Positions 62,528-64,000 of a DNA stretch of 64,000 bases are shown here, piece by piece. The notes beneath the pieces were generated by a model, which was not told where the DNA came from, ran no database searches, and worked only from the letters and a program-made list of their open reading frames with translations. Made by a program: the position numbers and the translations under genes. Source of the stretch: Limisphaerales bacterium (GTDB lineage Bacteria > Verrucomicrobiota > Verrucomicrobiia > Limisphaerales > UBA11358); NCBI GenBank assembly GCA_003161635.1, contig PMOA01000050.1, positions 3,091 to 67,090 on the forward strand, read 5' to 3'. How positions within the stretch are numbered: the stretch's first letter is position 1; each line of letters starts with the position of its first letter.

Positions 62528-64000
62528 GTGCCGGCCACGTTATATGATCTGATTCCGCGGGATGAGAAGCCCGGCAATGATGTCTTGCTGGGGCGCTTTC
62601 TGGATTACGTGGAAGGCCGGCGGCTGCAACTTTATCCCGCCCAGGAATCGGCCATCCTGGCGTTGTTCGAGGAGAAGAACGTCATCCTGAACACGCCCAC
62701 CGGGTCGGGCAAATCGCTCGTGGCCACGGCGCTGCACTTCCAGGCCGTCGCCCAGGGCCGACGCTCCATTTACACCTGCCCGATCAAGGCGTTGGTGAAT
62801 GAAAAGTTCATGGCCCTCTGCCGCGAGTTCGGTCCCGACAACGTTGGCCTCAGCACCGGCGACGCTTCGGTCAATCGTGACGCGCCCATCCTCTGCTGCA
62901 CCGCGGAAATCCTCGCCAACATCGCGCTGCGCGAAGGCGCGCAGGCCAACGTGCAGGAGGTCGTCATGGACGAATTCCATTACTACGCCGATCGCGAGCG
63001 CGGTGTGGCGTGGCAGGTTCCACTGTTGACGCTGCCGCAGGCGCGGTTTCTCCTGATGTCCGCGACGCTGGGCGACACGACGTTTTTCGAGGAGGAACTC
63101 ACGCGGCTCAACCGGCGGCCGACGGTTGCGATCTCGTCCACGGACCGGCCGGTTCCGCTGGAACATGCCTATTCGGAGTTGTCGCTGGCCAAGACGCTGG
63201 AAAGCCTCGCCGCCGAGGGCAAGGCGCCCGTGTATGTGGTCCACTTTACGCAACTGGAGGCCGCGCAGAGCGCGCAGGATTTCACGAGCATCAACGTCTG
63301 CACCCGTGAGGAGAAAGCCACGCTGGCCAACGCACTCGAAGGATTCAAGTTCAGCAGCCCATACGGTCCCGACATTAAAAAGTGGCTGCGGCACGGCATC
63401 GGCTTGCATCATGCCGGTTTGCTGCCGAAGTATCGCGTGTTGATCGAGCAGCTTGCGCAGAAGGGTTTGCTAAAAATCATCTGCGGCACGGACACCCTCG
63501 GGGTGGGCATCAACGTGCCGATTCGCACGGTGCTGTTCACGCGGCTGTGCAAGTACGACGGACAAAAGACCGGCATCCTGAGCGCGCGCGACTTTCACCA
63601 GATTGCCGGCCGGGCCGGGCGCAAGGGCTTCGATGATCGCGGCTGGGTGGTGGCGCAGGCGCCGGAGCACACGATAGAAAACCTGAAGCTCGCGGAAAAA
63701 TCCGCGCGGGACGGAAAGAAAACCGTGAAGCGCCAGCCGCCGGAAAAGAATTTTGTTAACTGGGACAAGAACACCTTCACGCGTTTGATTGCCGCGCCGC
63801 CGGAGCGCCTTATCTCGCGATTCCAAGTGACGCACGGGATGTTGCTGAATGTGCTGAGCCGGAAAGGCGACGGATGCCGGGCGATGCAAGACCTCATTGC
63901 GCGCTGTCATGAATCGCCGCGGCAGAAGCAGGCGCACATCAAACGCGCCTGGCAACTGTTCCGCTCACTGCTGGACCGGAAGATTGTCGAGTTTATCGAA
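62528..64000 (+). CDS. DEAD/DEAH-box (Ski2-like, DUF3516-type) helicase, N-terminal 491 codons (continues past the window)
   Basis: Absent from the ORF track because it has no stop in the window. The frame is open from the TAG at 62513 to base 64000, and the first start is GTG 62528. Motifs: NTPTGSGKS (I), MDEFHYY (II), MSATLG (III), [12 protein letters not shown] (V) and [10 protein letters not shown] (VI). Confidence 0.9.
   Translation, partial: MPATLYDLIPRDEKPGNDVLLGRFLDYVEGRRLQLYPAQESAILALFEEKNVILNTPTGSGKSLVATALHFQAVAQGRRSIYTCPIKALVNEKFMALCREFGPDNVGLSTGDASVNRDAPILCCTAEILANIALREGAQANVQEVVMDEFHYYADRERGVAWQVPLLTLPQARFLLMSATLGDTTFFEEELTRLNRRPTVAISSTDRPVPLEHAYSELSLAKTLESLAAEGKAPVYVVHFTQLEAAQSAQDFTSINVCTREEKATLANALEGFKFSSPYGPDIKKWLRHGIGLHHAGLLPKYRVLIEQLAQKGLLKIICGTDTLGVGINVPIRTVLFTRLCKYDGQKTGILSARDFHQIAGRAGRKGFDDRGWVVAQAPEHTIENLKLAEKSARDGKKTVKRQPPEKNFVNWDKNTFTRLIAAPPERLISRFQVTHGMLLNVLSRKGDGCRAMQDLIARCHESPRQKQAHIKRAWQLFRSLLDRKIVEFIE

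Noticed and set aside
62540-63412. 290-aa minus-strand ORF, the only long ORF the track lists at the window end
   Set aside because: The opposite strand carries an open frame from 62528 to the window edge with complete SF2 helicase motifs I-VI. The track omits that frame because it has no stop in the window.

Overview
This is a GC-rich 64-kb chromosomal window. It looks like a PVC-superphylum genome, most likely Verrucomicrobiota. That placement is an inference from gene content: prepilin-type N-terminal / H-X9-DG paralogues, large LamG-lectin proteins, a sulfatase, an ECF sigma factor fused to a membrane and C-terminal domain, and a TIGR03435-type protein. I support about 58 CDS and saw no rRNA, tRNA, CRISPR array, integrase or transposase. 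A housekeeping backbone (murA 3' end, guaA, recG, coaB-like, uppP, deoC, rtcB, argG, prfC, an ABC-F ATPase, lptE/bamD-like genes) is interleaved with accessory tracts and many short palindromic repeats. Main points of interest: (1) The 38.2-44.9 kb tract downstream of argG looks like nested insertions that left two decayed copies of the argG 3' end. It carries a lower-GC two-gene islet (a PD-(D/E)xK nuclease-like protein plus a 315-aa protein with a C-terminal Rx5H, HEPN-like motif), a duplicated and chimeric GNAT gene, and a translationally coupled ORF6N-GNAT-SMUG1 glycosylase operon preceded by a palindrome array. (2) The same surrogate-3'-end architecture appears at the ABC-F gene, where a MITE-like element and an AbrB/PIN toxin-antitoxin pair were inserted. 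(3) GTAG...CTAC palindromic (REP-like) elements occur at several sites; one sits in frame (27 codons) inside prfC, and heptamer arrays sit in frame inside recG. (4) An MglA/MglB Ras-like GTPase module lies next to a receiver-PATAN (DUF4388) response regulator and extra Roadblock-like proteins. (5) A dispersed repeat family (R2) sits at the stop codons of accessory genes. All family assignments come from motif recognition by eye; no searches were run.
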